From: an archaeon
Lineage (GTDB): Archaea; Thermoplasmatota; Thermoplasmata; JAJSAE01
Direction: 5' to 3'
Assembly: GCA_024281315.1 (NCBI GenBank)
Contig: JAJSAE010000075.1
Coordinates: 4,222-68,221, forward strand
Length of the DNA: 64,000 nucleotides
The translations under genes were made by a program, and so were the position numbers. Below are positions 1 to 12,000 of the stretch, piece by piece. Within the stretch, counting starts at the first letter, position 1. Each line of letters starts with the position of its first letter. Below the pieces are notes generated by a model. That model was not told where the DNA came from. It did no database searches and was given only the letters and a program-made list of their open reading frames with translations.

Positions 1-760
1 CGCTATTCTGCAGGACAGCATGGAGTACGGGGGAATAAAGATGCTCATGGGTAAGAGGCTGGAGGCCATAAACGGCCCGGAAAAAGTGAAGTCCGTCGCG
101 GTTGACGGCGAGCAGATACCTGCGGATATGGTTATAATGTCCGTAGGAGTGCGGCCCAGCATAAAATTCCTTGAAAACTCCGGCATAGAGATCGGCCGCG
201 GAATAATCACCGATGAGAGGATGCGTACCTCCGCTCCGGATGTTTATGCCGTCGGGGACTGTGTGGAGAGCTTTTCGCTCATTGACGGAAGCAGGGGGAA
301 CTGCTGGCTCGCCACTGCGGCCCATCATCAGGGCTCAGTCGCCGGAATAAATGCGGCAGGAGGCGATGCGAAATACCCCGGTTATCTCTGCACATTCGTT
401 TCAAGAATAGGAAGGCTTGAGGTGGCGGCCACTGGCTACACCGCGGACAGGGCGAAATCCCTCGGCTACGAGGTTGTTTCCGGGAAGGCAAAGGGGCTTG
501 ACAGGCCTCACTGGTATCCCGGAGCAGAGGAGGTCAGCGTGAAGGTAATCGCCGATAAAAAGGATGGCAGAATCCTTGGCGCACAGGTTGCAGGCGCAAA
601 CGCCGGCCAGCGCGTCAATACATTCTCGGCCCTCATAACCGCAGGTGCCACTGTGGAGCGTGCGGAGATGCTGGAACTCTCCTATTCTCCCCCAGTATCC
701 GATGTATATGACCCTGTTGTCACCGCTCTGGAAGTGTGTGCCAGAAAGTTGCGGAGATGA
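1..760 (+). CDS. FAD-dependent pyridine nucleotide-disulfide oxidoreductase (NADH oxidase/CoA-disulfide reductase-like), C-terminal part; the 5' end lies outside the window
   Basis: The ORF track frame is open from the window edge. The C-terminal dimerisation-domain-like sequence (AVGDCVE..., HWYPGAEEVSVKV, ELSYSPPVSD) is typical of the Pyr_redox_dim region. TGA stop at 758-760. Confidence 0.55.
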   Translation, partial: AILQDSMEYGGIKMLMGKRLEAINGPEKVKSVAVDGEQIPADMVIMSVGVRPSIKFLENSGIEIGRGIITDERMRTSAPDVYAVGDCVESFSLIDGSRGNCWLATAAHHQGSVAGINAAGGDAKYPGYLCTFVSRIGRLEVAATGYTADRAKSLGYEVVSGKAKGLDRPHWYPGAEEVSVKVIADKKDGRILGAQVAGANAGQRVNTFSALITAGATVERAEMLELSYSPPVSDVYDPVVTALEVCARKLRR

Positions 761-838
761 ATTATTTAAAGGACATATCCCGCCGTCATAACGGTTTAAT
801 ACCGGTGTGCTATATCCCTCCTTCCCGGGGGATGTAAC

Positions 839-2947
839 ATGGTAAGACCTATTCCGGACAACGAACTGAGACGCATGTGGGAGGAATTTCTCACTGACTA
901 CGAGTATCTGCCCAGACTGGAGGCTGCCGCCGATGCGTATCCTGATAAACGGAGCTTTGAAATAGATGCCTCGGAACTTCAGGAATACAGCATGGATTTT
1001 CTCGAATATCTTGTGGAAAACCCGGACACGGTCATAACAGCGGGCCAGCAGATTCTTCGGGATTACTATCCGCCAGATACGATCCCGGAAGGCGAAGATC
1101 TCAATATGAGAGTTGTCGGGATTCCCAAGAAGGAGTATGTGGCAATCAGAGACCTCAGAAGCAAGGACATCGGTCATTTTATATCTGTGGAGGGACTTGT
1201 TAATAAGGTCACGGAGGTTCGGCCAAAACTCCTCGAAGGGACATTCAAGTGTCACAGTTGCGGGGCTTATATCCGGCAGAGACAGGAAGGAACTGAACTC
1301 AGAAAGCCTGCCAAGTGCTACGAGAATCAGGGCGGCTGCGGAAAACAGACCTATTTCACGCTCATACCCAATTTGGCTGTATTTCAGGACTATCAGCGCA
1401 TCGAGATTCAGGAGATACCGGAGGGGCTCAGAGGAGGCGATCAGCCTGCAAGACTTCCGGCAAATCTGGTGGACGACCTCACGGGCAAAATATCGGCCGG
1501 CGACAGGTTGGTACTCCACGGCATACTGCGCAGCTCTCCTCGAAAGAGCGGCGGGCAGCTTACAACGACATTTGACCTTCTCCTTGAAGTTAATTCATTC
1601 GAACTGGAAAGACACGACATAGATGAGTTTGAGCCCACACCGGAGGATATAGAGAGAATCCACAAGGAAGCGAAGGACCCCGACTTATATAAGAATCTGA
1701 CCCAATCAATATCGCCCACTATAAAGGGATATGACGAGATAAAATGGGCAATTGTTCTGCAGATGTTCAGCGGCGTTACCAAGGTCATGGACGACGGCAC
1801 TAGAGTAAGGGGAGATATACATGTCCTGCTTTTCGGAGACCCCGGCACCGCAAAGTCGCAGATGCTGAGATATGCCGCCTCCCTTGCTCCGCGGGGCATG
1901 TATGCCTCCGGGCGTTCCGCCAGCGCCGCCGGTCTTACCGCAGCTGCCGTTAAGGACGAATTCGGAGAGGGGAGGTGGACACTGGAGGCAGGAGCGCTTG
2001 TTCTTGCCGATATGGGTCTTGCGGCCATAGATGAGCTGGATAAGATGGATAAGAACGACAGAAGCAGCATGCACGAGGCTATGGAGCAGCAGTCAATAAC
2101 CGTGAACAAAGCCGGCATAAATGCTACGCTCCAGTCCAGATGTTCGATTCTTGCCGCAGCAAACCCGAAATTCGGAAGATTCATACGAAAAAAAGAGCTT
2201 CTGGAACAGTTGGATATCCCTGCCCCTCTTCTTTCCAGATTCGATCTCATATTTACGATAAAGGACAACCCGGATGTGGATAGGGATCGCTCGATTGCGT
2301 CTCATATTCTCATCGGGCATCAGCGGGGGGAGGCCCGTCTTCTGGAGGAGATGAACATGGCGGACGGGGATGTGCAGAGAATTCTCTCCACTTCCGAGGA
2401 ATTCAAGCCCCATTTCGAGGCGGATTTTCTGAAAAAATACATAGCATATGCGAAGAAGGTAATCCCCCTATTTACCGAAGAAGCGAGAAAGAAACTGGAA
2501 GACTTCTATGTCAATCAAAGAAACCCGGCTAGTGCTCCGAGCGAGGAGGAAGATTCTCTGAAAGCGGTTTTCACGGCGAGACAGATGGAAGGGCTTATAA
2601 GACTGGCGGAAGCAGCAGCAAGGGCCAGACTGTCTCACAGGGTGGAGGGTATCGATGCCGATGCTGCTATTAATCTATATACCGACTATCTGAAAGCTCT
2701 CGGGGATCTGGCGTTCGAGGCCACCACCGCCGTTCCGAGGTCTCAGGTATCTCGCCGGCTCGTGATAGAGGGGGCAATACCCGGCGACGATGAGGAAGCG
2801 ATATCCATGCAGGATATATACGACAGGGCTCACAGTGAAAATGAGGAGGTCAGCATGGACGAGGTCAGAAAGATTCTGGAAAATATGTCCCAGAACGGAA
2901 TTGTTTATGAACCGAAAAGAGGAAGATATAAGAGGGCGGCGTGGTAA
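839..2947 (+). CDS. mcm: MCM replicative helicase
   Basis: 702 aa. Zn-finger CHSCG...CYENQGGCGK, Walker A GDPGTAKS, Walker B IDELDKM, arginine-finger region SRFDLIF. No intein. ATG start, TAA stop. Confidence 0.93.
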   Translation: MVRPIPDNELRRMWEEFLTDYEYLPRLEAAADAYPDKRSFEIDASELQEYSMDFLEYLVENPDTVITAGQQILRDYYPPDTIPEGEDLNMRVVGIPKKEYVAIRDLRSKDIGHFISVEGLVNKVTEVRPKLLEGTFKCHSCGAYIRQRQEGTELRKPAKCYENQGGCGKQTYFTLIPNLAVFQDYQRIEIQEIPEGLRGGDQPARLPANLVDDLTGKISAGDRLVLHGILRSSPRKSGGQLTTTFDLLLEVNSFELERHDIDEFEPTPEDIERIHKEAKDPDLYKNLTQSISPTIKGYDEIKWAIVLQMFSGVTKVMDDGTRVRGDIHVLLFGDPGTAKSQMLRYAASLAPRGMYASGRSASAAGLTAAAVKDEFGEGRWTLEAGALVLADMGLAAIDELDKMDKNDRSSMHEAMEQQSITVNKAGINATLQSRCSILAAANPKFGRFIRKKELLEQLDIPAPLLSRFDLIFTIKDNPDVDRDRSIASHILIGHQRGEARLLEEMNMADGDVQRILSTSEEFKPHFEADFLKKYIAYAKKVIPLFTEEARKKLEDFYVNQRNPASAPSEEEDSLKAVFTARQMEGLIRLAEAAARARLSHRVEGIDADAAINLYTDYLKALGDLAFEATTAVPRSQVSRRLVIEGAIPGDDEEAISMQDIYDRAHSENEEVSMDEVRKILENMSQNGIVYEPKRGRYKRAAW

Positions 2948-3258
2948 TGGACGATGAAAAAAGGATTCGCATGAAAACATATCCGTCAAGCGACGGGCTT
3001 TTTGTTGCGGCGTGCGACAGTTCGCTGGTAGGGAGCCATCTCAGGGATGGCGAGCTTAGGCTGGAGCTTACCGAGGATTTTCTCGGATTGGAAGATGTTA
3101 CGGAGGCCGTGTTCCTCTCTTATCTCATGGATGCGGTGATTGGGAATCTTTCTGGGGAGATTGTTGTACGCATTGCCATAAGGGCTGGCATGGTAGATCG
3201 GGAGAATGTTCTGTATATAGACGGAGTACCTCATGCCCAGTTCGTCAGGATGCTATGA
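2947..3258 (+). CDS. small conserved archaeal protein, DUF424-like
   Basis: About 100 aa. Pattern VAACDSSLVG...GE.RLEL...GVPHAQ recalls DUF424. The ATG overlaps the MCM stop (TAATG) and its own stop overlaps the Nmd3 start (ATGA). The ORF track offers an earlier GTG at 2941. Confidence 0.4.
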   Translation: MDDEKRIRMKTYPSSDGLFVAACDSSLVGSHLRDGELRLELTEDFLGLEDVTEAVFLSYLMDAVIGNLSGEIVVRIAIRAGMVDRENVLYIDGVPHAQFVRML

Positions 3259-4349
3259 GTTCTACCGAAAGTATTAAGTTCCCCCTCTCCAGATGGCCGT
3301 TCATGTACTGCGTGAAGTGCGGCCTCGAAGCGGATGAACTGTATGAACACCTGTGTCCCGCATGCTTTGTCAGCAGCCGCGCTTTCGTCAAGTTCCCCTC
3401 GGATGTCATCATATACTCGTGCAGGTCCTGCGAAAGGTTCGAAATTCTGGGAGACTGGCAGGACTCCGACCTTAATGAGACTCTGGAAGCCGCGGTGATG
3501 CAGAATATTTTCATAGAAAAAGGGGTTGAACTTCTCGATTATGACCTTGATGTTAGGCAGGAGAGTGATATTCATTACTCGGTAACCGCCCACCTTTGCC
3601 TGAAAATTGCAGGTTTGGAGCTGAAAAAAGAGGGGAAAATGCGCGTCAGACACAGAGATACCACATGCCCCACATGCCAGAAAATTCACGGCAACTACTA
3701 CGAGGCCATAATACAAATTCGTCCGGCGGCGGGGAAAAAATTTAGAAAGGGGGAGATGGAGACCATAAGCGAAGACATCAGGAAAAGGGTGGACGCGGCA
3801 TTTTCCAGCAATCCCGGAGTTTTCATAACAAAGGAAGAGGACATTCACGGAGGCCGCGACTTTTATTTGGGAAACCGCTCCTACGCCCATCGCATTGCCA
3901 GAGGACTTGTTAAAAACTACGGTGCCACATACACGGAGTCGTCCAGTCTCTGGGGAATGAAGGACGGCAAGGAGATATACAGAATGACATACCTCGTGCG
4001 GCTCCCCCCATATCGCGCAGGGGATTTTATAGAAAAGGATGGAAAACTCTATCTTCTTGCCTCTTTTGGCTCCGACCGGCTGCAGTGCATTGAGCTCGAA
4101 ACCTGGGGTGAATTCCCATTCGGTAGAAATGAGCGTCTTAAAGTGCTCGGCGGAAAAGAAATGATTCAGATGGCGGTTGTCGTATCCGAAAGCAGCAGCG
4201 AGGTGCAGTTGATGGACCCCCAGACCTACAGAACGATAGATTTGAAAAAGCCGGATGGCTTCACTGCTTCCGAGAATGTTTTGATCATCCGCCACGAAGA
4301 AAGACTCTATCTCGTGCCCCACAGTGCCCTGAAGAAGGGAGAGTTATGA
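3255..4349 (+). CDS. Nmd3-family ribosome biogenesis/export factor homologue
   Basis: 364 aa. N-terminal Cys clusters (CVKCG...CPAC..., CRSCERFE, CPTCQ) match the Nmd3 N-terminal Zn-binding domain, and the size fits archaeal Nmd3. Confidence 0.6.
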   Translation: MSSTESIKFPLSRWPFMYCVKCGLEADELYEHLCPACFVSSRAFVKFPSDVIIYSCRSCERFEILGDWQDSDLNETLEAAVMQNIFIEKGVELLDYDLDVRQESDIHYSVTAHLCLKIAGLELKKEGKMRVRHRDTTCPTCQKIHGNYYEAIIQIRPAAGKKFRKGEMETISEDIRKRVDAAFSSNPGVFITKEEDIHGGRDFYLGNRSYAHRIARGLVKNYGATYTESSSLWGMKDGKEIYRMTYLVRLPPYRAGDFIEKDGKLYLLASFGSDRLQCIELETWGEFPFGRNERLKVLGGKEMIQMAVVVSESSSEVQLMDPQTYRTIDLKKPDGFTASENVLIIRHEERLYLVPHSALKKGEL

Positions 4350-4381
4350 AACCTTTTTAATAATCGCATCTATGCAGGCCC

Positions 4382-5290
4382 ATGTCCGGCTTCGATATTA
4401 TAGCCGTAATCTCTCTCGGTCTTATCGCCGTTGGCCGCCTCTCCAATGCCAGAAAGGGGCATTTCCTCACGGGATTGGGCTGGGCTGTGTTCGGATTCTA
4501 TTGGGCACTTGAATTCCCATACTATCTTTCGATCGCAGATTTTATCAATGCAGTCCTTTCCATAGGGGCCCCGCCGGTCTTTCTTTTCCTGGCTTATCAC
4601 GAATTTTTGTCCTACGAATGGGGCGAGGACTACCGGCCGCTGTCATTCCTTGCCTCTGTTACCGCAGGAACCGGCCTTCCATATTTTTTCATAAAGTATG
4701 TTCCGTTCATTTCAAAAAACCTCATTGATGCCGTGGCATACCAGTCGGTCTGGATTACCAACCTTTTTGGCCTGAACCTCTCCGTTTCCGGCGGAGGATG
4801 GATAAACGGCGAGTATCTGGCCCATATAGACGGAGTTCCTGTAAGCATCATACTTGCGTGTACGGGAATACAGGCCATTCTTGTTGCCTTCTCTCTTATC
4901 TACTTCAGCAGAGGCGATTCCGCAGTCAAGAGGAATCTTCTGCTTCTGGTAATTCCGGTCATCTATGTGGCAAACCTCTTTCGGAATGTCATAGTCTTTC
5001 TTATTGTTGATGCTAACGGCATCTCCCAGTTTGAGTTTGCCCACGGTATCGTGGGAAAGGGACTGAGTACGCTGGTTCTTCTTATCCTCACTCTATACAC
5101 TTTCAAAAAAATCCCGCAGATGTACGACGACATCAACGGCCTGTTCGACCTGCCGTGGAGAAGGGGGCCGGGGCACGATTATGTGGCGCACTTCGATGCC
5201 ATGCTGGGTGTGAAGAGAGAGATGGATGCGGTGGGGGCAGATGGAGGAGAAGCAGACGGGCACAAAAATTCCTCTGGAGACGAGGAGTAA
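4382..5290 (+). CDS. archaeosortase/exosortase-family polytopic membrane protein
   Basis: 302 aa and multi-TM. Candidate catalytic Cys in ILACTGIQ (about residue 160) and Arg-Asn in ANLFRNV (about residue 201) are spaced about 41 aa apart, as in exosortase/archaeosortase active sites. Both downstream surface proteins have a C-terminal TM plus basic tail. Confidence 0.45.
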   Translation: MSGFDIIAVISLGLIAVGRLSNARKGHFLTGLGWAVFGFYWALEFPYYLSIADFINAVLSIGAPPVFLFLAYHEFLSYEWGEDYRPLSFLASVTAGTGLPYFFIKYVPFISKNLIDAVAYQSVWITNLFGLNLSVSGGGWINGEYLAHIDGVPVSIILACTGIQAILVAFSLIYFSRGDSAVKRNLLLLVIPVIYVANLFRNVIVFLIVDANGISQFEFAHGIVGKGLSTLVLLILTLYTFKKIPQMYDDINGLFDLPWRRGPGHDYVAHFDAMLGVKREMDAVGADGGEADGHKNSSGDEE

Positions 5291-5322
5291 CTTTTTTACC
5301 CTTTAACACATACGCTCCCTCA

Positions 5323-5988
5323 ATGAACCAGAGCAGAGTTATACTGGCCCTTGATGTTACGGACTGCGGTAGAGCGATGGAAATAGTCTCTCAGGCCTCT
5401 CCGTACACAGCCTTTGTCAAGATAAACTGGCCTATCGTGCTTGCGTGCGGGCCGGAGATAATAACCGAGATTTCAAAGATGGCCCCTGTCATATGTGACT
5501 TCAAGGTTGCGGACATACCCAACACCGACCGGCTGATAATAGAGCAGGCAGCGAAGAGGGGGGCCGCAGGCATCATTGTCCACGGATTTACCGGCTCTGA
5601 TTCCATGGAAGCCTGTGTTAAAACAGGGCATAGTGCGGGGACAAAGGTATTTGTGGTATCGGAGATGAGCCACCCGGGCGGCCGGCAGTTCACCGCGGGC
5701 CATGCGGAGGAGATTGTGAGAATGGCTGCGAAATACGGCGCGGATGGCCTCATCGCTCCTGCAACGCGCCCCGAAAGACTTGCGGAGATTAGAAGACTTG
5801 CAGGCGACATGCTCATCCTCTCGCCGGGGGTTGGTGCGCAGGGCGGCAGGGCGGCGGACAGTATAAGGGCCGGTGCCGACTATATAACCGTTGGTAGAGG
5901 CATATACACGGCTGAAAAGCCTGCAGAAGCCGCTAAAAACTATTTTGAGGATTCATTGGCCGCATACCGGGCTAAGAAAAATCTATAA
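5323..5988 (+). CDS. pyrF: orotidine 5'-phosphate decarboxylase
   Basis: Start MNQSRVILALDV (catalytic Asp-x-Lys region), then VKINWP and ICDFKVADIPNT motifs. The ORF-track ORF from 5155 is N-terminally over-extended and overlaps the upstream gene. Confidence 0.8.
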   Translation: MNQSRVILALDVTDCGRAMEIVSQASPYTAFVKINWPIVLACGPEIITEISKMAPVICDFKVADIPNTDRLIIEQAAKRGAAGIIVHGFTGSDSMEACVKTGHSAGTKVFVVSEMSHPGGRQFTAGHAEEIVRMAAKYGADGLIAPATRPERLAEIRRLAGDMLILSPGVGAQGGRAADSIRAGADYITVGRGIYTAEKPAEAAKNYFEDSLAAYRAKKNL

Positions 5989-6020
5989 ATACTTGAGGCA
6001 TATCGCTTCAAGACCGAAGG

Positions 6021-9000
6021 GTGATAATTATGGCAAAGATGCCCAAGATAAGAGCAGATAAAGAATCAAAAACGGTGGAAAAAGGACACAGGCCCCCGTT
6101 CGCCGGCCCGGTCTCTCAATGGCTGGCCGATAACTGGGGAACCCTGCTCCTGATGTTGACAATAGTCGGAATCGCCTTCTTCCTGAGGACATATTTCGGC
6201 TTCGGTCCCGCAACCCAGAACGGCTTTCTCGTATCTGGCGGGTCTGATTCCTACTATCACAAGAGAATCATAGACTATGCTCTCTCCACCGGGCATCAAC
6301 TCTTTCAGGACCCTCTTATCAATTATCCGTTGAGCACGAGGAACCCGAGGCCTCCTCTCTTTGTCTGGAGTAGTGTCATACTGGGCTATATATTCTCCCC
6401 TCTTGTAGGGAGTGTTGATGTTGCCACATGGTATGCATTCCTCTTTAACACGGCTTTCTGGGGCTCTCTGACCGTTATACCCGTCTATTTCATTACAAAG
6501 GAGTCTTTTGGCAAAAAGGCCGGGTTCATCGCCGCATTCCTGCTGGCTATAATGCCAGGCCATATTGAAAGAAGCGTATTCAGTAATGCTGACCACGACG
6601 CCATGGTGCAGTTCTTTGTGGTTCTATCGTTCTTCTTCCTTTTAAAGGCTCTCAAGACCATAAACGGTTCCAGATGGGTAAAGGACTGGAAGAAAAAGGA
6701 TAATGTAATTGACGGCTTGAAGTCCTACTTCGCTGCCAACCGCACCTCTCTTCTTTATTCCATGATGGCTGCCCTCTCCCTCTCCGCAATTGCGATGATA
6801 TGGAAGGGTTTCTCCTATGTTGTGGTTATCATCCTTGTCTACTATCTGGTGGACCTCATCATAAGCCGGTTTAAGAACAGGGATACGCTGGGAAGCACCA
6901 TGGTACTCGCAGTTTCTCTGAGCATGTTCTTCCTGCTGATATTCCCCATATACCTTAATGCCCACATTGTAAAGACATGGTATGATGTTCCGCTTCTCAT
7001 GTTCCTCGGCCTTCTGTTCATAGGGGTGATATTCACGGTGACGCGCGATTACCCTTGGACACTGGTATTCGGAATTTTCCTTATTGTGATGTCTCTCGGA
7101 TATCTCATATTTATGGTTCTACTCCCCTCCATAGGTGAGGCGATTCTTAGCGGGCAGGGCTATCTGGTTCAGAGCAAGCTGTATACCACGATTTCCGAGG
7201 CTCAGGCTCCAGGATTCAGCCACTTGGCAATGTCATTCGGCATGGTCAGTTTCTATCTGGCATTTATCGGTATTGCATGGGCTGCAATAAAGATTCCCAA
7301 GAAGGCCAGTGCGGACTTTATTTTCGTTGTTGTATGGGTGGCTGTGGCAATCTACATGGCCACTTCCGCCGGTCGTTTCGTATTCAATGCGTCTCCCGCC
7401 TTTGCTATAGCCTCCGGCTGGATACTTGCGATGGTTATAGAAGCGCTACACCTGCCCGAGATAAAGAGAAACAGTCGGGGATTTGACTGGAAACACCCGT
7501 GGCCTACCATAAAAAAGGCCATAAAGGTCCGTCATGTTATGGGAGTTATTTTCGTAGCTTTCATGATAATCCTCCCTAATGTCTGGTTTGCAGTGGATGC
7601 AGGCATTCCGTATGAAGTGAAAAGGACATACGATAACCAGATAAATGCCACCCTTCCGTCGTTTATCGCTTCGCCTAACCGCCCTGCCAACAGCATGTGG
7701 TACCTCGGAGCATTCGGTTATTCTCTCCCTCTGAATTCCAACTATTGGCCGGCAGCATGGCGGTGGTTTTCGTCTCAGGATGCCAATATATATCCCGAAG
7801 CAGACCGACCAGCATTCGTAAGCTGGTGGGACTACGGTTTCGAGGCGGCTCAGGAAGGACATCACCCCACGGTGGCGGATAACTTCCAGAACGGATATCA
7901 ATGGGCGGGAAATGTTATAACCGCACAGAACGAAAGCGAGACCATTGCGCTGTTCGAGGGAAGGATAATTGAAACCGCTGTTTTATATGGTGAGAAGCCA
8001 GAGGGCCGTACGGTCATGCCTAACATGAATCCGATTACACTGGAGCAGATAAGCGCATTGATGGATAAGTACGGTATTGACACCCAGAGAGTGATTGATA
8101 TAATAAACAATCCGCAGAATTATGTGGATGTCGTGCTTGAGAACCCAGATGTATACGGCTATTATAACTACGATCTGTCTCCAATTAATGCCAAGTATGC
8201 CATGCTTAAGGTGGAGCTCTCCAAAATTGGGGAGCAGAAAGAGGTGTGGATGTACAACGAGCTTCGCGAACTCACTGGCGACAGCATACAATACTTCGCC
8301 ATAGATTCCAGATTATTTCCATTTGATGCCAGATCCACCGGCATTTTCTATGCGCCCGTAAAACTCTCCGACAGAAGAATTGATAACGGGACAAGAAATC
8401 CCATTGATTTCTATGACATAAAGGCGGTGGATGAGTACGGCAAGGAACATGCACTCAACGAACAGCTGGATCCCAAACTCAAGATAACCTCGTACCAGAT
8501 ACATTACAAAGACATGTTCTACAACTCCATGCTCTATCGTTCCTACATCGGATACAGTGCACAAGATCTGGGGCAGGCGGATGACACCAGCATCCCCGGT
8601 CTTTCCGGCTCTCTTCAGCAACAGCGCCCCATGCAGGCCTGGAATATGAGCCATTTCAAACTGGTATATGTTACTGCGTACTACAATCCATATCCTTCGG
8701 ATCAGGTGAGGGACCATCCTGAGGCATGGACTGCTGTTTCTTACAATGATGCGGCCAAATATCAGCAGGAAATAAAGGCAGGCAACATGACAGGTGTGGT
8801 GGACATGACTCCTGGCTCCGGGTTGAAACAGGGGGTTGTCTTTGTAAAGTACTATGACGGAGCATTGATTAACGGCACAGTTAAGATGGATACCGGCACC
8901 CCCGTCCCCGGTGTACGCGTAACGGTACTGGATGAGTACGGGATTCCTCACGCCTCCACCATCTCCGATGATGCGGGGCGCTATTCTCTTGTCTCTGTTG

Positions 9001-12000
9001 CCGGGAACATAACCGTTGTTGCCTCCGTTGGCGACCCGAACCCTCTTACCAAGATTGGTGCGGATTTATATGCCACCAGAATTCATGTCTCCGAGGATCA
9101 GGCCATGAGGGTTCGTGAGGACCTGAACAACGACGGAGTGTTTGACTACAATATCAATCAGAATCTCGTGATAACCTCCGGAGGACTCAGTGGAACAGTA
9201 TTCTGGGACATGGACGGAGATAACTCGAGGAGCGCCCCCGATCAGACCATTGGCAGCGGACAATTGCTTCTTTCATACAGCAATGGAACCTTTGAAAAGA
9301 CCGTAAACATATCCGCAGACGGCCTGTTTGCCGCGGCCCACCTTATTCCGGGCAATTATCAGGCCAGCCTTCTGATGGATGGCATAACGATTCCTTCTTC
9401 GACAAAAATAGTGGTAAAAGAGGGAGAGACCGCCACGGTGAGTGTTGCCGTGCCAACGGGACATGTTGATGTTCTGGCAAGAAATACACAGGCTCAAAAC
9501 ATGAGCGTTTCCGTCTCTCTGAGGAATGTCACCACGGGAGATATAGTGGGACACATCACCACGGACATCAACGGCTCCGGCGTGATAGAGCCTCTGCTTC
9601 CGGGAAAATACGAACTCTCATCCTCAGATACCGAATATACATTTACACCTAGACTTGTTTCGGTGAGCAGTGGCCGGCATTCCGAGGTGAATGTAACTAT
9701 TTATGAAGGGGTTAATATTGCCGGTGTGGTGACTCTCAACTCGAGAGCGGTGGATGATGTAACTCTATTCTTTAACTGCAGGAACATGACCTACTCGGAC
9801 TCCGTAACCGTAAAGAACGGCATCTATTCGCTGTATTTGCCGCAGGGATATATCTTTGATATCTATTCTTTCTATGTTTCCGGCGACAGCCATTATGTCT
9901 ATGCGGGGAGTGTTTCCACCACCACTTCAATATCTATGGATATGGCACTTAAACCGGCATATCATATTTCCGGTGTGGCCCATCCGCCAACCAGCAGTAC
10001 GCAGGGCCTCAGGGGCGGAACAATCCATTTCTTCTCGGAGAACAGCGACATAAGGGCGGTAACCTATGTTGGCGGTGCCTACGATGTATGGCTCCCCGCA
10101 GGCTCGTATGATGTGTATCTCGGAGGGCCGCAGATATCTTTCACCGATAGAATTACTGTTTCCGGAGATATGGAATATAATCTCGACACGCACTACGGTT
10201 TCGAACTTTACGGATGGGTATGGCTTGATGCGGATAATAACGGAGAACTCGGCGGAAGTGAGATTCTGGATGGCGTCCCGCTCAGCATTATAAATTCGAG
10301 AGGGATTGCGGCACATGCAATCTCGAACAGAAGCAGTTATTCTGTTTACCTTGATCCTGGCGATTACACAATAAGAATTGATGACCCTCTCTATCAGAAC
10401 CTCTCGATCCCGTTTAAAATGCCTGCTATAAACATAACGAGAGACATAAAGGTGACTCTCAGAAATCTGACGGTATCGGGTCATGTTACAAGCGACGAGG
10501 GCCTCCCTCTCAGCGGCATAGATATATCATTACTGGCTCTGGATCAACACTCATCTTACCATGTCACTACAGACTCGGAAGGATATTACACCGTGGATGT
10601 AAGGCCTAACGATTACCGCCTACTGATTGATCAGAATGTTACTACCTGGATAAAGTATCTCTATGAAAATACTCTATCCGTGCCGGCCGGTTCTCACAAT
10701 CTGACAGAGGATATTACACTGAGTCAGCTGGTTTATGTGGGGGGAAATATCTCAAATCGCCCCTCCGAGAACTCAAGCACCGTTCTGCGGTTCATAGGTA
10801 AGGATAGCAGGAACATTACGGTGGAAGGGGGCGTATATGCCACATATCTGCACCCGGGCGATTACTCGGTGGAGGCGGTTTCCACCTTCAACGGCGTAAC
10901 ATACATGAATCTCTCGGTTATGACAGTCACTCTGTTCTCGTCCTCCCTCCATAATATCTCTCTTAAAACCACACATAAGCTGGAGGGCAGCATAGAATAT
11001 GGTGGACAGGTATTGAACAGAGATATAACACTGCATTTCACGACAAATAATGGCGCGTGGACGACTACCGTGACTCCGAACGGCCATTATTCCATTGCGC
11101 TTCCTGCCGGAAATTACAGTATATCCGGCGAACAGAGAGCGGTGGACATTGTGAACGGTGTGAAAAGATATGTGGTCTACAGTACCAGTGATTCGGTGAA
11201 CCTGACCTCGGATATGCTGCACACCATAAGCCTTTCCAGAGAGCTGGATAATTATACCTCCTTCGGTGTGATATCTGGCCTCAATGGCCTCGGTGTCCGG
11301 GCGAAATTGAGCTTTGTCGCTCTTAACGAAACAGCCATGGATCTCGAAGCGGAAAGCGGTTTCGACGGCTCTTATTCCGTCTCTCTTGCCCCAGGCCAAT
11401 ACTCTCTCTATGTGCTGAGGACGGAGGACAATTCTGCGGACGTAACGGTCTTCACGCAGACAACGCACGCAAATAACATGAACATCTCTTTGAAAAAAGG
11501 GCTTCAACTCAGAGGGTCCGTTTTAAGCGATACGGCCTCCCCGCTTCCCAATGCAGACATATCCGTTTCCGATTCCTCAGGGGTACTGGTGCGCGGTGCG
11601 GCCGATTCCGAGGCGAGCTATTTCATATACCTGCCGGCTGGCATCTACAATCTTTCCGCTCAGGGCTCCGTGGTTGAACATGGAAAGCAGATAAACTTTG
11701 CAGGAGAGAAGTATGTGGAACTTTTCGAGCCGCTCAGACAGGACATTGCCCTGAACAGAGATGTTGTGTACAGCTCCTCCATAAAATGGGACAGCAGGCA
11801 GGCTAGAACGGTTAAGGGCGGCGAAACGGTTAGCTATACATTTGTCGTGGAAAACACCGGCAATGTAAAGGATACATACGAGATATCCGCAAGCGTTCCG
11901 CAGGGCTGGTCTTATGAGGTAACAAAAAAGAATGTGACGCTTGATTTCGGCGAGATGAACAGCACAACAGTGGGCATTACCATTACGACCAGCAATAATT

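Noticed and set aside
401-2268. Long minus-strand ORFs (401-1519, 1441-2268) and plus-strand ORFs 1113-1622 and 1315-1575
   Set aside because: They lie entirely inside or antisense to the strongly supported oxidoreductase and MCM genes and carry no motifs. I treat them as spurious shadow ORFs.
3231-4322. 363-aa minus-strand ORF
   Set aside because: It is exactly antisense to the Nmd3-like gene, which has conserved Cys clusters. It has no recognisable features.
5155-5322. N-terminal 56-aa extension of pyrF in the ORF track (Cys/Arg-rich)
   Set aside because: The extension overlaps the upstream membrane-protein gene in another frame. The conserved PyrF N-terminus begins at MNQSRVILALD (5323).
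8313-11507. Several 150-245-aa minus-strand ORFs inside aglB (for example 8313-8951, 9927-10484, 10773-11507, 11577-12014)
   Set aside because: They are antisense to a continuous ORF with strong domain signatures. They are low complexity and motif-free.
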